The notes under the pieces were generated by a model that did no database searches, was not told the DNA's origin, and saw nothing but the letters and a program-made list of their open reading frames with translations. From the NCBI GenBank assembly GCA_964450885.1, contig CAYVFE010000001.1, positions 246,572 through 310,571 of the forward strand: a DNA stretch of 64,000 nt, in the 5' to 3' direction. The DNA is from an uncultured Gammaproteobacteria bacterium (GTDB taxonomy: Bacteria > Patescibacteriota > Microgenomatia > Levybacterales > GWA1-39-11). Below are positions 27,194-37,222 of the stretch, piece by piece. A program made the translations under genes and the position numbers. The stretch's first letter is position 1. Each line of letters starts with the position of its first letter.

Positions 27194-28408
27194 TCATATT
27201 TTGGAAAAGAATGGGATTGAGAATTTTACTTTTTTAATTACTTTTCGGGTTTCAAAAAGAGATGTTCCGAAAATTATTTTTCTATCGTCATATAGTAGAT
27301 AAATTTTCTTCGCTTTTTCTTTGAGATTTTCATCTTCGAAAAATAGTGAGGACTGATGCATTCTATCCTCCTCGAAGTTATAGATAGTTGCTCCTGTTGC
27401 GCGGTAAAGATTACTCGGGTCATAAATCTTCTCAAATCCCTGCCGTATTTGTCTTCGGATCATAATCGGATAAGACGTCTTATCATTTATCCTTATCTCG
27501 ATTCCCTGGTAGGTAAACTTTTGTGTCTTTAGATATATAAAAATTCTGCCTACACTGTAGTTATACTTTCGAGCTTTCAAAAAAGCACTCTCTACATGAT
27601 GAAGAATTCTTGCCCAGAGCACGCTTTTTTCGTTTGTCGCAGGGGTAACTGTGTGGGATTTGGTTATAGATTTATATTCTCTTTTTACGCTTGGATCAAC
27701 CTTAAAAAGAGATGTGCCATTTAACTCGAGCCAGATTTCATAAAAAGGTTTTGGATAGAATTTTTTAATAAAATTTTCTGGACGGATAGCATAGTCATAT
27801 GCTGTGTTGATGTTAAACCTTCTTAATTTTGGTGCGCTCCTGTATCCTATTCCCCAGACCTTTGAGATATCTATCTGTTTTAAAAGTTCGACCGTTTTTT
27901 CTTTAGGAATTATAGTAAGTCCAGAGGGCTTGTTGAGATTTGCGGCAATTTTTGCAAGAGATTTAGTAGTCGCGATCCCGATAGAAACAGTTATCCCTAA
28001 TGAGTTTTCTATTTCATCTTTCATAGCCCGACCGATTTCGTAATACGACATCTTTAGAGGTCTTGTGAGTCCTTTCAGGTCTGCAAACCCTTCATCTATA
28101 GAATAGATTTCGACAGCGGGCGAGTATTTTTTCATGATGGAAAACATTTTGTTTGAGAATAGGTGATAGAGCTTGTAGTCGGAATGCGTGATTATGACTG
28201 TTGGAAATTGTTTTTTTATTTCCCAGCATGGCATGCCTCTTTCTACGCCTAGTGCTTTTGCTTCATAGGACACTGCTGTCGCAATCCCTCGCTCCATGCC
28301 GCTTACGACAGGTTTTCCCTGAAGGTGAGGATTTACTGCCTGGGTTACTGATGCAAAAAATGCATCTGCATCGAGATGTAGGATTGCTTCAGGCCATGAG
28401 GTGGACAT
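27194..28408 (-). CDS. dinB: Y-family DNA polymerase IV
   Basis: ILHLDADAFFASV catalytic motif at the N-terminus. 404 aa. Lies downstream of lexA on the same strand. Confidence 0.85.
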   Translation of the reverse strand: MSTSWPEAILHLDADAFFASVTQAVNPHLQGKPVVSGMERGIATAVSYEAKALGVERGMPCWEIKKQFPTVIITHSDYKLYHLFSNKMFSIMKKYSPAVEIYSIDEGFADLKGLTRPLKMSYYEIGRAMKDEIENSLGITVSIGIATTKSLAKIAANLNKPSGLTIIPKEKTVELLKQIDISKVWGIGYRSAPKLRRFNINTAYDYAIRPENFIKKFYPKPFYEIWLELNGTSLFKVDPSVKREYKSITKSHTVTPATNEKSVLWARILHHVESAFLKARKYNYSVGRIFIYLKTQKFTYQGIEIRINDKTSYPIMIRRQIRQGFEKIYDPSNLYRATGATIYNFEEDRMHQSSLFFEDENLKEKAKKIYLLYDDRKIIFGTSLFETRKVIKKVKFSIPFFSKI

Positions 28409-28471
28409 AATACATTTTGAAAAATCTTTTTAATAAATTCAGTATTTTTTTACTTCTCTTTCTGATCATAG

Positions 28472-29032
28472 TCAATATTTGCGCATCACACTTTTTACGA
28501 TCCCAAAAACTTTAAGCTCCTCTACAGGGATAAATTCAGGGTAGTTAGGATTCGCGGCACGCAGGATACTTATCCCATTTTTGCGGTCCAGAATCTTTAG
28601 TGTCCATTCGTTATCTATGAGTGCGAGGACTATGTCTCCTGCTTTTGCCTGCGCGGTCTTTTCTATGACTACCATGTCTCCGTCAAATATTCCCACGCCT
28701 TCCATAGAGTCACCAGAGACTTTTAGCAGAAATGAACTGTTAGGTTTGTCGATAAGGTATTCGTCAAGTGAGAGAAAATTTAGCTCCTCCTCAGCGCCTG
28801 TCGGAAATCCTGCTTTGATATTCCCCAGAATCGGCACCTGAAAAAAAAAGTTGGTCGGGGAGAGTTTGTTATTTAGCTTTTGTAGATAGTTTTGTTCTAT
28901 AAGGTTATTTACGATTTTGTGAATCGCATTCTTTGAAGAAAGATTAAATATCGAAAGCATTTCAGAATAGGAAGGTATACGTTTGTTCTTCTTATAAAAT
29001 GATCGAAGTGATTCGAGATATTCAGATTTCAT
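28472..29032 (-). CDS. lexA: LexA repressor (S24 peptidase with N-terminal wHTH)
   Basis: C-terminal S24 autoprotease (GDSMEGVGIFDGDMVVI ... Lys). Start re-set to MKSEYLESL because the upstream ATG at 29065 lies inside the operator palindrome. Confidence 0.8.
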   Translation of the reverse strand: MKSEYLESLRSFYKKNKRIPSYSEMLSIFNLSSKNAIHKIVNNLIEQNYLQKLNNKLSPTNFFFQVPILGNIKAGFPTGAEEELNFLSLDEYLIDKPNSSFLLKVSGDSMEGVGIFDGDMVVIEKTAQAKAGDIVLALIDNEWTLKILDRKNGISILRAANPNYPEFIPVEELKVFGIVKSVMRKY

Positions 29033-29049
29033 ACCGCCAGAATAATATA

Positions 29050-29065
29050 GTGAACAATCGTTCAC
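29050..29065 (+). promoter_or_regulatory. LexA operator (Cheo/SOS box, GAAC-N4-GTTC)
   Basis: Perfect palindrome GTGAACAATCGTTCAC about 18 nt upstream of the corrected lexA start. Confidence 0.6.
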
Positions 29066-29130
29066 CTGTCAAGATATCAAATTAATACTATTTAATACTT
29101 TTTACTTTTGTGTTATAAAACATTAAAGGT

Positions 29131-29829
29131 ATGGCAGACTTCAGGGAAACCTTTCATAATCCTCACGTAGTTTTACCCGTAATTCATGTCGAAACGCCTA
29201 ACCAGACCATGAGAAATGCAGAAGTTGCCTTTGATTCAGGCGCAGATGGAGTCTTTCTAATTAGTATGCAGGGGATGGACCACAAAAGATTGGCAGAAAT
29301 GCAGGAGATGGTAAGGGATGAATATATGGCCTGGTGGGTAGGAGTCAATTACCTGGACCTGCCAACAGTAAATGTTTTTGATGCTTTAAGTCCAAATGTA
29401 TCCGGGGTCTGGGCAGATAACGCTGCTATAAGTGAGTGGGTAGAAGAGCAGTACGAAGCAGAAAGGATAAAACGGGCTAGGGAAGCAAGTAATTGGGAGG
29501 GACTGTATTTTGGAGGAGTAGCATTCAAATATCAAAGAGGAGTAAATAATCTCGAGAAAGCTGCTCAAATTGCGACACGTTATATGGATGTGATAACAAC
29601 AAGCGGAAAAGGAACGGGGTCTGCGCCTGATACTGAGAAAATCGCAAGAATGAAGGGCGCTGTGGGGGATTTCCCATTAGCCATTGCTAGTGGTATTTCG
29701 CCTGATAACGTTCATAATTTTAAAGATATAGCCGATTGTTTTATAGTCTCGACAAGCCTTCTTGTCCCAGAAAGCGAAGAGTTTGATCCTGGTAGAATGA
29801 AAGACTTAATGCAGGCAGTCAGAGGCTAA
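29131..29829 (+). CDS. BtpA/SgcQ-family TIM-barrel protein
   Basis: C-terminal ITTSGKGTGSAPD...ASGISPDNVHNF..ADCFIVSTSL parallels the BtpA SGSGTGKPTD...GSGVTPENA...ADGVIVGSSLK pattern. Confidence 0.5.
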   Translation: MADFRETFHNPHVVLPVIHVETPNQTMRNAEVAFDSGADGVFLISMQGMDHKRLAEMQEMVRDEYMAWWVGVNYLDLPTVNVFDALSPNVSGVWADNAAISEWVEEQYEAERIKRAREASNWEGLYFGGVAFKYQRGVNNLEKAAQIATRYMDVITTSGKGTGSAPDTEKIARMKGAVGDFPLAIASGISPDNVHNFKDIADCFIVSTSLLVPESEEFDPGRMKDLMQAVRG

Positions 29830-30797
29830 TTGAAGTATTCCCACACCTTTTCAGATATCCCTGCTTCTATCTCAGTAGCTGTGGTTTGATCCGCCGTTTC
29901 AGACATAAGTACTATTATATAGTCGCCATTTGGTGAGTAAACTATCCCCGCATCGTGCTTTACTGCGCCCAGTTCACCCGTTTTATGTGCTATTGTTGTG
30001 TTTTCTGGTAGATATTTAGGGATCCTGTCGTTAAGCTCCTGCCGTTTTAATATTTCCAACATTTCATTTGAAGCGCTTTCACTAACAATTTCGCCTTTAT
30101 ATAAGAGTTCATAATATTTAAGGATGTCATTTGTTGTAGTTGTAACGGAATCAGTCGATGAGTCATTCAAATTGTATTCACTTAGAAATTCTTCTACCTT
30201 ATTCCATCCGATCGTTAAATATAGGATGTGAGCAGAATAGTTGTCAGAGACAGTTATCATGCGCGAAATAGCACCTTCTACCGTATTTCCTACAAATCCC
30301 CCAGTAATTTCTGCAGACTCAGATGCGATGTTAAGCCTCTCATTTATAGTAGATGCGTCAAAACCTATATTCTGGTCAAGCGACAAGTTCCCGTTTTCAA
30401 TTTCCTTATAAGTAGCAGCCATAACCCAGAGCTTGTATAGGCTGGCAGAATCAAATTCTCTATTTTCATTTAAAAAATAGTACTCGTTAGTCTCCAGGTT
30501 TTTTATAGCAACAGCGTAAGTGCCTTCCGTATTTTCAAGCTCGTTTAAAACTATTTTTTCCATCTGACTTGACGCATCGATTTGGTTGATGCTGTTATCT
30601 ATAAATTCACTTACGGGATTTAAAATGCCTGGTTCATTTTTGGCAGGGTTAATAGCAAGCCATAGAGGGGTTGCCAGTAAAAATATAACAGGAAGGATTT
30701 TTATGACAAGTTTTTGTCGGGAGGCGATTAGGCGCTGATAGAGTAAAGCTAAAATAAATACTATTATTATGAGAAAAACTAAATAGATATATTCCAC
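29826..30797 (-). CDS. Class-A beta-lactamase-like serine hydrolase / penicillin-binding-protein-like, membrane-anchored
   Basis: N-terminal TM helix. SxxK (SLYK), SDN (VSDNYSAH) and KTG (HKTGELG) active-site triad motifs in the canonical order. Confidence 0.6.
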   Translation of the reverse strand: MEYIYLVFLIIIVFILALLYQRLIASRQKLVIKILPVIFLLATPLWLAINPAKNEPGILNPVSEFIDNSINQIDASSQMEKIVLNELENTEGTYAVAIKNLETNEYYFLNENREFDSASLYKLWVMAATYKEIENGNLSLDQNIGFDASTINERLNIASESAEITGGFVGNTVEGAISRMITVSDNYSAHILYLTIGWNKVEEFLSEYNLNDSSTDSVTTTTNDILKYYELLYKGEIVSESASNEMLEILKRQELNDRIPKYLPENTTIAHKTGELGAVKHDAGIVYSPNGDYIIVLMSETADQTTATEIEAGISEKVWEYFN

Positions 30798-30905
30798 GCG
30801 ATAATTATACCAGAGGATCTTTGGGAGAATGTATTATAGAATTGTTATTTTTGAGGCTAAAATACAGTAGGCAATCATAAAACACCTTTTGACTGCATTT
30901 CCCCC

Positions 30906-30934
30906 TTGACGAATAAAAAAAGATATTGTATTAT
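30906..30934 (+). promoter_or_regulatory. Candidate sigma70 promoter for tuf (TTGACG-17nt-TATTAT)
   Basis: Hexamers and spacer counted directly, about 45 nt upstream of the tuf ATG. Confidence 0.4.
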
Positions 30935-30977
30935 TCATTCACACCTTTTTTAACAGGTGTTTTATTTTTGAAAAAAT

Positions 30978-32165
30978 ATGGCAACAGCAAAATTTGATAG
31001 ATCAAAACCACACGTAAATATCGGAACCATTGGTCACGTCGACCATGGTAAGACTACGACAACTGCAGCTATTACTACAGTCCTTGCTAAAAAAGGATTT
31101 GCAGAAGCTAAGAAATACGAAGATATCGACAATGCTCCTGAAGAAAAAGAAAGAGGAGTTACGATTAATATTTCCCACCAGGAATACGAAACCGAAAAAC
31201 GTCACTATGCTCATATTGACGCTCCAGGACACGCTGACTACATCAAAAACATGATCACAGGTGCAGCTCAAATGGACGGTGCAATACTTGTTGTATCAGC
31301 TCCAGACGGTCCTATGCCTCAAACAAGAGAACACATCCTACTTGCACGCCAGGTTGGAGTGCCTAAGATTCTGGTTTTCCTTAACAAGATAGACATGGTT
31401 GATGATCCAGAGCTTATTGAGCTTGTTGAGATGGAGATCCGCGAACTTCTTACAAAATACCAATATCCAGGAGACGAAACTCCTATCATAAGAGGTTCAG
31501 CTCTTAAGGCTATCGAAGGTGATGCAGAAGCAGAAAAAGCAATTCTTGACCTTATGGACAAGGTTGATGAATATATTCCAACACCAGAACGCCCTGTTGA
31601 TAAGCCACTTCTTATGCCTGTAGAGGATGTTTTCTCTATTAAGGGTCGTGGAACTGTGGTAACTGGAAGAATAGAGCGCGGAATGGTTAAGGTAAATGAA
31701 GAAGTAGAGATCGTCGGAATCACGCCAAAATCTACAAAGACAATCGTTACTGGAATCGAGATGTTCCGAAAGCAGCTTGATGAAGGTCAAGCAGGAGACA
31801 ATGCTGGACTTTTGCTAAGAGGTGTTGAAAAAGACGACGTAGAGCGTGGGCAGGTTATCGCAAAGCCAGGATCTATAACTCCACACACTGATTTTGAGGC
31901 TGAAGTTTATATTCTTACTAAAGAAGAAGGTGGACGACACACTCCATTTTTCACAGGATACCGACCACAGTTCTATGTTAGAACTACTGACGTAACCGGA
32001 GAAATCAAGCTTCAAGAGGGTGTTGAGATGGTTATGCCTGGAGATAACGCAAAGATGAACGTTTCACTTATCGTTCCAGTTGCTATGGAAGAGGGAATGA
32101 GATTCGCTATTCGAGAAGGTGGACGCACAGTTGGAGCGGGAGTTGTGACTAAAATCACAAAATAA
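30978..32165 (+). CDS. tuf: Elongation factor Tu
   Basis: 395 aa. [18 protein letters not shown] and NKIDMV G-motifs. Confidence 0.95.
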   Translation: MATAKFDRSKPHVNIGTIGHVDHGKTTTTAAITTVLAKKGFAEAKKYEDIDNAPEEKERGVTINISHQEYETEKRHYAHIDAPGHADYIKNMITGAAQMDGAILVVSAPDGPMPQTREHILLARQVGVPKILVFLNKIDMVDDPELIELVEMEIRELLTKYQYPGDETPIIRGSALKAIEGDAEAEKAILDLMDKVDEYIPTPERPVDKPLLMPVEDVFSIKGRGTVVTGRIERGMVKVNEEVEIVGITPKSTKTIVTGIEMFRKQLDEGQAGDNAGLLLRGVEKDDVERGQVIAKPGSITPHTDFEAEVYILTKEEGGRHTPFFTGYRPQFYVRTTDVTGEIKLQEGVEMVMPGDNAKMNVSLIVPVAMEEGMRFAIREGGRTVGAGVVTKITK

Positions 32166-32221
32166 TATACCTTAGCAGGTAGTTTGCACATTTTATAATT
32201 TAGATTAAGAGATTTAGGTAG

Positions 32222-32251
32222 AACCTGCTTTTGGATAAGCAGGTTTTTTTT
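32222..32251 (+). terminator. Rho-independent terminator after tuf
   Basis: AACCUGCUU-uugga-AAGCAGGUU followed by UUUUUUU. Confidence 0.6.
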
Positions 32252-32270
32252 GTTAAAATAGGAGAAATAT

Positions 32271-32579
32271 ATGTCAAAAGGAAGAATTAGAGTAAAATTA
32301 AAAAGCTATGATCCTCGTATCATAGACAGTACGTGTCAGCAGATCATAGATACGGCGCTCCGTACTGGTGCAAAAATAATCGGTCCCGTACCTCTCCCTA
32401 GCAAAAGAACCTCATTTGTAGTTAACAAAGCTGCTTTTATTGATAAGGACGCCAGGGAGCATTTTGAACTTAAAACGCACAAAAGACTAATTGATATAGA
32501 ATCTCCTACAGAGAGCACGATCGAAAATCTTATTCATCTCGATTTACCCACTGGGGTAAATGTCGAGATCAAGATGTAA
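32271..32579 (+). CDS. rpsJ: 30S ribosomal protein S10
   Basis: 102 aa. RIRVKLKSYD...GPVPLP S10 signature. Confidence 0.9.
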   Translation: MSKGRIRVKLKSYDPRIIDSTCQQIIDTALRTGAKIIGPVPLPSKRTSFVVNKAAFIDKDAREHFELKTHKRLIDIESPTESTIENLIHLDLPTGVNVEIKM

Positions 32580-32717
32580 AGACATCTATTTAACCTCATT
32601 TCTTCTTGCAATTCCAGCGTGAGCACGATATAATAGCTCTTGGTGATTATGACCTATACTTTGGAGGTGAATTTTGCTACATAAGTATTAAGTCCGGGCT
32701 TTAAAAAGCTTGAGCTT

Positions 32718-32745
32718 AAACGACTGTGTAGCAGTCGTTTTTTTC
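32718..32745 (+). terminator. Terminator/attenuator hairpin in the rpsJ-rplC spacer
   Basis: AAACGACUG-ugua-CAGUCGUUU followed by a U-run, inside an unusual roughly 180-nt S10-L3 intergenic region. Confidence 0.5.
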
Positions 32746-32761
32746 GTTTAAAGGGGTAAAT

Positions 32762-33655
32762 ATGAATCTATCAACAATAATAGGAAAAAAAGTAGAACAG
32801 ACACAGGCCTTTCTGGAGGACGGAACTAGGGTTCCGTTGACTCGCGTGTTTGTAGGTGATAATTCTATATCCCAGATTAAAACCCAAGATAAAGAAGGAT
32901 ATATGTCGGTCCAAGTATCGTGGGGCAAAAGAAACAAGATTTCAAAACCACTAACTGGGCACCTAAAGAAAGCGGGGTTAAAGAATACACCTCGCTTTTT
33001 ACGCGAAATAAGGGTACAGGATGTATCAGGATTTGAGAACGGTGCTGTTATAACCCCCGAAGAAGTGCTTGCTGCAGGAGATAAGGTAGATGTAGTAGGT
33101 ACTTCAAAAGGAAAAGGATTTGCAGGAGCGGTCAAGCGTTGGGGATTCCGCGGAGGACCAAAAACTCATGGACAATCAGATAGACATAGAGCACCAGGAT
33201 CTATCGGTCAGGGAACAACTCCGGGCAGAGTCTATAAGGGTAAGAAAATGGCAGGACGTATGGGAAGTGATAGGGTAACTATAAAAAATCTGCAGATAAT
33301 GGAAGTAAAAGATGGAGAGATACTTATAAAAGGGCTTATCCCAGGACCTAAAAATGGATTGGTTATAATCACGAAAATCGGAGAGAATAAGAAATTTAGA
33401 GCACTTTACTCAAGTGTTCCAGAGATTGTAGAAGCTGAAGCAGAAAAAACTATCGATCAGGAAGAAAAGTTAGATGCAGTAGAGGAAGTTAAGGCTGAAG
33501 AAGTTTCCGAGGAAAAGAGTCCGGAAGTAGTATCTGAGAAAGCATCAACTGAGCCTGCAGAAGCTGAAGCAAAAACAGAAAGTGTCGAAGATACAGATGA
33601 GGTAGCAGATAAAGCCGAAAGTGATACAGACAAAAAAGAAGTTGAAACCAAATAA
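32762..33655 (+). CDS. rplC: 50S ribosomal protein L3 with roughly 85-aa acidic C-terminal extension
   Basis: L3 core (GHLKKAG, GTSKGKGFAGAVKRWGF), then an E/K/A-rich tail: EAEAEKTIDQEEKLDAVEEVKAEEVSEE... Confidence 0.9.
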   Translation: MNLSTIIGKKVEQTQAFLEDGTRVPLTRVFVGDNSISQIKTQDKEGYMSVQVSWGKRNKISKPLTGHLKKAGLKNTPRFLREIRVQDVSGFENGAVITPEEVLAAGDKVDVVGTSKGKGFAGAVKRWGFRGGPKTHGQSDRHRAPGSIGQGTTPGRVYKGKKMAGRMGSDRVTIKNLQIMEVKDGEILIKGLIPGPKNGLVIITKIGENKKFRALYSSVPEIVEAEAEKTIDQEEKLDAVEEVKAEEVSEEKSPEVVSEKASTEPAEAEAKTESVEDTDEVADKAESDTDKKEVETK

Positions 33656-33658
33656 AAT

Positions 33659-34411
33659 ATGAAAGAAACAAAGGTAGTTAAAAAAACAACGAAGCCGGCA
33701 GCAGTAAAAAAGCCTGCGAAAGTTGATGTAAAAAAAGCGGAAGTAAAGACCGTGAAAAAAAGCGCAGACTCGAAAGTCTCTGCTCCTTTATTTGATATTT
33801 CTGGTAAAAAAAGCGGAAGCTTTAGTCTTCCATCGGAGCTTTTCTCAGGCAAGATCAATGATAAGTTGGTTGCGCAGGCGATACGTGTGTATCTCGCGAA
33901 CCAACGTCAGGGAAATGCACATACCAAAACAAGGAGCGAAGTCAAAGGATCGAGGAGAAAGGTTTGGAGACAAAAAGGAACAGGTCGTGCACGTCACGGG
34001 TCTATTACAGGACCGATCTTTGTAGGTGGAGGTATCGTTCATGGTCCTCGTGCTCATAGTTTTGACTTAAAGATGCCAAAGAAGATGAAGTTGCAGGCAC
34101 TGGTCAGCGCTCTTTCTGAGAAAAACAGCGAGAATATGGTTTTTGTATTTGATGGGAAGCTTTCGGGAAAATCAAAAGAGTTTGCAACGATGCTAAAAAC
34201 GATAGTTATGAGTGATAAAAAGAAAAGCCCATCAGTTCTTTTCGTAAGAAGTAAAAATGATGATGGCGGCTATAAGGCATCAAGGAATATCGCAAATGTG
34301 CAGACAGCAACAGGATCCGATATTAATACTTACAGTGTCGTCAAGAATAAGGCAATCGTTCTTTCAAAGGATGCGGTTGAAGAGATGAAGCAGGTTTTTA
34401 TAAAAGCATAA
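33659..34411 (+). CDS. rplD: 50S ribosomal protein L4 with Lys-rich N-terminal extension
   Basis: About 50 aa of basic residues (KKTTKPAAVKKPAKVDVKK), then the L4 core (WRQKGTGRARHGS). Confidence 0.9.
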   Translation: MKETKVVKKTTKPAAVKKPAKVDVKKAEVKTVKKSADSKVSAPLFDISGKKSGSFSLPSELFSGKINDKLVAQAIRVYLANQRQGNAHTKTRSEVKGSRRKVWRQKGTGRARHGSITGPIFVGGGIVHGPRAHSFDLKMPKKMKLQALVSALSEKNSENMVFVFDGKLSGKSKEFATMLKTIVMSDKKKSPSVLFVRSKNDDGGYKASRNIANVQTATGSDINTYSVVKNKAIVLSKDAVEEMKQVFIKA

Positions 34412-34717
34412 ATGAAACAAGCATACGAAATAGTTAAAAGACCAGTTATAAGTGAACAATCACTTCGTGAAGGTGAAGCAGGAAAATATAGTTTTATCGT
34501 GGACAAGGCTTCATCAAAGGATGAGATAAAAAAAGCAATCGAGTCGATGTTTGGTGTTAATGTAACAAAGATTATGACAAATATCGTAAAGGGAAATAAG
34601 ACAAGGCTTACTAAAAAAAGAAAAATAGTTGCAGACGGATCTTATAAAAAAGCTAGGGTCACACTTAAAAAGGGAGAAAAATTAGATATATTTGATGAAC
34701 ATATAGAGGGTAAATAA
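34412..34717 (+). CDS. rplW: 50S ribosomal protein L23
   Basis: 101 aa. L23 fold motifs. Confidence 0.9.
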   Translation: MKQAYEIVKRPVISEQSLREGEAGKYSFIVDKASSKDEIKKAIESMFGVNVTKIMTNIVKGNKTRLTKKRKIVADGSYKKARVTLKKGEKLDIFDEHIEGK

Positions 34718-34719
34718 TT

Positions 34720-35457
34720 ATGGGAAAACTAAGAACAATACTAAAGAAAAATTCAGGACGAGACGCAAGCGGTAAAGTTAGCGTTCGTCATCAGGGAGGA
34801 CGTCATAAAAGATTTTACAGGGCGATTGATTTCAAGCGCGACAAATTTGGAGTTGAAGGAAAAGTTGTAGGAATCGAGTACGATCCAAACAGATCTGCCG
34901 AAATAGTCTTGGTTCAATATGCCGATGGGGACAAAAGATACATACTACGTCCACTAGGGCTTAATGTAGGAGACAAAATTATGGCAGGAGATAAGACTGA
35001 CATAAAGCTAGGTAATTCTATGCCTTTGAGACTTATACCGGTGGGTTCTCCAATTCACAATGTAGAGCTTACTCAGGGTAAAGGGGGACAAATAGCACGT
35101 TCTGCAGGAAATCAGGCATTTGTGGTCGCTAAGGAAGAAAAATATGTACACGTAAAAATGCCATCAGGTGAAGTAAGACGAATTTTTAATGAGAATTATG
35201 CTACAATTGGCCAACTTTCCCTCATTGAATGGAAAGATAGAGTTTTGGGTAAAGCAGGAGCTGCAAGGCGCATAGGACGCAGGCCTACTGTAAGAGGAGT
35301 AGCGCAGGATCCGGGATCTCATCCGCATGGAGGAGGAGAAGGAAGAACAGGAATAGGACTTAAATACCCAAAGACATATGCAGGAAGAAAGGCAGTAGGA
35401 AAGACGAGACTTAAGAAGAAATATTCTGATAAGTTTATTATCAAAGGGAGAAAATAA
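34720..35457 (+). CDS. rplB: 50S ribosomal protein L2 (short N-terminus)
   Basis: [15 protein letters not shown] and [10 protein letters not shown] motifs. 245 aa. Confidence 0.9.
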   Translation: MGKLRTILKKNSGRDASGKVSVRHQGGRHKRFYRAIDFKRDKFGVEGKVVGIEYDPNRSAEIVLVQYADGDKRYILRPLGLNVGDKIMAGDKTDIKLGNSMPLRLIPVGSPIHNVELTQGKGGQIARSAGNQAFVVAKEEKYVHVKMPSGEVRRIFNENYATIGQLSLIEWKDRVLGKAGAARRIGRRPTVRGVAQDPGSHPHGGGEGRTGIGLKYPKTYAGRKAVGKTRLKKKYSDKFIIKGRK

Positions 35458-35489
35458 AAAGGACCCCCAGCCTAATTTGGGGAAAAATT

Positions 35490-35774
35490 ATGAGTAGAAG
35501 TGCTAAAAAAGGACCATATATAGACGCAAGAGTCATGAAAAAAGTCATGGCTCAGAAAGAAACTGGTGCAACAGATCAAATAAAGACTTGGTCGAGAAGC
35601 TGTCAGATTCCACCTGAGTTCGTGGGACACACATTTGGTGTGCATAATGGGAAAAACTTTATAACGGTGAAAGTTAATGAGTCTATGGTAGGTCACAGGT
35701 TAGGAGAATTCTCTCCAACTAGACACTTTAGAGGACACGGAAGAATAGTCGCAAGAGATATAAGCAAGACCTAA
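35490..35774 (+). CDS. rpsS: 30S ribosomal protein S19
   Basis: [12 protein letters not shown]...TFGVHNGK. Confidence 0.9.
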   Translation: MSRSAKKGPYIDARVMKKVMAQKETGATDQIKTWSRSCQIPPEFVGHTFGVHNGKNFITVKVNESMVGHRLGEFSPTRHFRGHGRIVARDISKT

Positions 35775-35782
35775 TAAATATT

Positions 35783-36163
35783 ATGGAATACAAAGCAGTT
35801 GCAAAATACATAAAAATTAGTCCACGCAAGGTAAGGCTTGTTGCGGATGCAGTACGAGAGCTGCCTATAGAGGAGGCAAAGTCATCTCTTGCCGGGCTTA
35901 ATAACCGTGCAGCAGAGCCTTTACTGAAGGTTTTAAATAGTGCTGTCGCAAATGCTGTTAACAATGGGAACGCGAATAAGGGAGACCTGGGAATAAAAGA
36001 GATAAATATAACCGAGGGTATCAGATATAAGAGATATCATTATGCGGGACGTGGGAGAGTTAGGCCATACGTAAAAAGAACCAGTCATATAAATGTGACT
36101 GTGGTAGATAAGAATAAGAAAGGAGGCGCCGAAAGCGTAAAAGCTGTCGACGCAGGAAAGTAA
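35783..36163 (+). CDS. rplV: 50S ribosomal protein L22
   Basis: ISPRKVRLVAD motif. Confidence 0.9.
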   Translation: MEYKAVAKYIKISPRKVRLVADAVRELPIEEAKSSLAGLNNRAAEPLLKVLNSAVANAVNNGNANKGDLGIKEINITEGIRYKRYHYAGRGRVRPYVKRTSHINVTVVDKNKKGGAESVKAVDAGK

Positions 36164-36164
36164 T

Positions 36165-36806
36165 ATGGGACAAAAAGTTAATCCAATAGCGTTAAGACTT
36201 GGAATACATCATGAATTTAAGAGTGTAGGATTCTATCCTAGAAAGTCCTATGCAAAAAATATCCTGAAAGATATCCAGATCCGTGATGCACTCCTAAATA
36301 AGCTAAAACATGCCGGAATTGGGGATGTCATTATTGAGAGGTCTCAAAATCATATCAAGCTAACTATTTATGTCACGAAGCCCGGAATAGTTATCGGACG
36401 TGGAGGAGCAGGACTTGAGGTCTTAAAAAAAGATATAGTGAAGTTATTAAAGGCTGGTGAAGTAGATAAATCTGGTGAGCAGAAAATAGAGATCAAAGTA
36501 GAGCCTATTAAAGACCCTAATCTAAGTGCCAGGATTGTTGCTTCAAATATAGCAGACCAGCTGATTCGCAGAATGCCTCACAGAAGAATTATGAAGCAAA
36601 CAATAGAGCGAGTTATGAGCAGCGGTGCAAAAGGAGTAAGAATCGTTCTTTCCGGAAGAATTGCTGGAGCAGAAATTGCACGCGTAGAGCGTAATCAAGC
36701 TGGAAAATTGTCATTATCGACCATCCGTGAGGATATAGATTTTGCTTCGTATCCGGCTCTTACCAAGAGTGGATATATCGGAATAAAGGTTTGGATAAAT
36801 AAATAA
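36165..36806 (+). CDS. rpsC: 30S ribosomal protein S3
   Basis: MGQKVNPIALRLG plus KH domain. Confidence 0.9.
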   Translation: MGQKVNPIALRLGIHHEFKSVGFYPRKSYAKNILKDIQIRDALLNKLKHAGIGDVIIERSQNHIKLTIYVTKPGIVIGRGGAGLEVLKKDIVKLLKAGEVDKSGEQKIEIKVEPIKDPNLSARIVASNIADQLIRRMPHRRIMKQTIERVMSSGAKGVRIVLSGRIAGAEIARVERNQAGKLSLSTIREDIDFASYPALTKSGYIGIKVWINK

Positions 36807-36812
36807 AATAAT

Positions 36813-37220
36813 ATGTTACAGCCTAAAAAACAAAAATATAGAAAACAATTTAAGCCAAGGAGCTTGCCTCATATGTCACATAGAGGAAATGTGGTAAGTT
36901 TTGGTGAGTTTGGATTACAGGTAACAGAGCCGGGTCATATTTCCAGCCGCCAGATTGAGGCAGCAAGAAGAGCTATTGTGCATTATATAAAAAGAGGGGG
37001 AAGAGTTTGGATAAGAATATTTCCAGATTTGCCACTTACAAAAAAGCCACCTGAGACCAGGATGGGCGGAGGAAAAGGGGATATAGATCAGTATGTTGCT
37101 GTAACTAAGGCTGGGCAGGTTGTATTTGAGATGAGCGGTGTTGCAGAAGACGTAGCAAAGGAAGCGCTGCGACGTGCAGGACATAAATTACCGATCAAAA
37201 ACGCATTCATAAAAAGATAA
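36813..37220 (+). CDS. rplP: 50S ribosomal protein L16
   Basis: [14 protein letters not shown]... Confidence 0.9.
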   Translation: MLQPKKQKYRKQFKPRSLPHMSHRGNVVSFGEFGLQVTEPGHISSRQIEAARRAIVHYIKRGGRVWIRIFPDLPLTKKPPETRMGGGKGDIDQYVAVTKAGQVVFEMSGVAEDVAKEALRRAGHKLPIKNAFIKR

Positions 37221-37222
37221 AT

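Noticed and set aside
29033-29065. ORF-track start of LexA (MNDCSLYYSGG)
   Set aside because: The start codon lies inside the perfect GAAC-N4-GTTC operator palindrome. The downstream Met gives a canonical LexA N-terminus.
33400-33660. Possibility that the L3 acidic tail and the L4 basic head are a frameshift artefact joining or splitting the genes
   Set aside because: A clean TAA stop (33653-33655) and an in-frame ATG at 33659 with continuous sensible L4 sequence; both tails are low-complexity but in-frame for more than 150 nt. Kept as real extensions, with a caveat in the findings.
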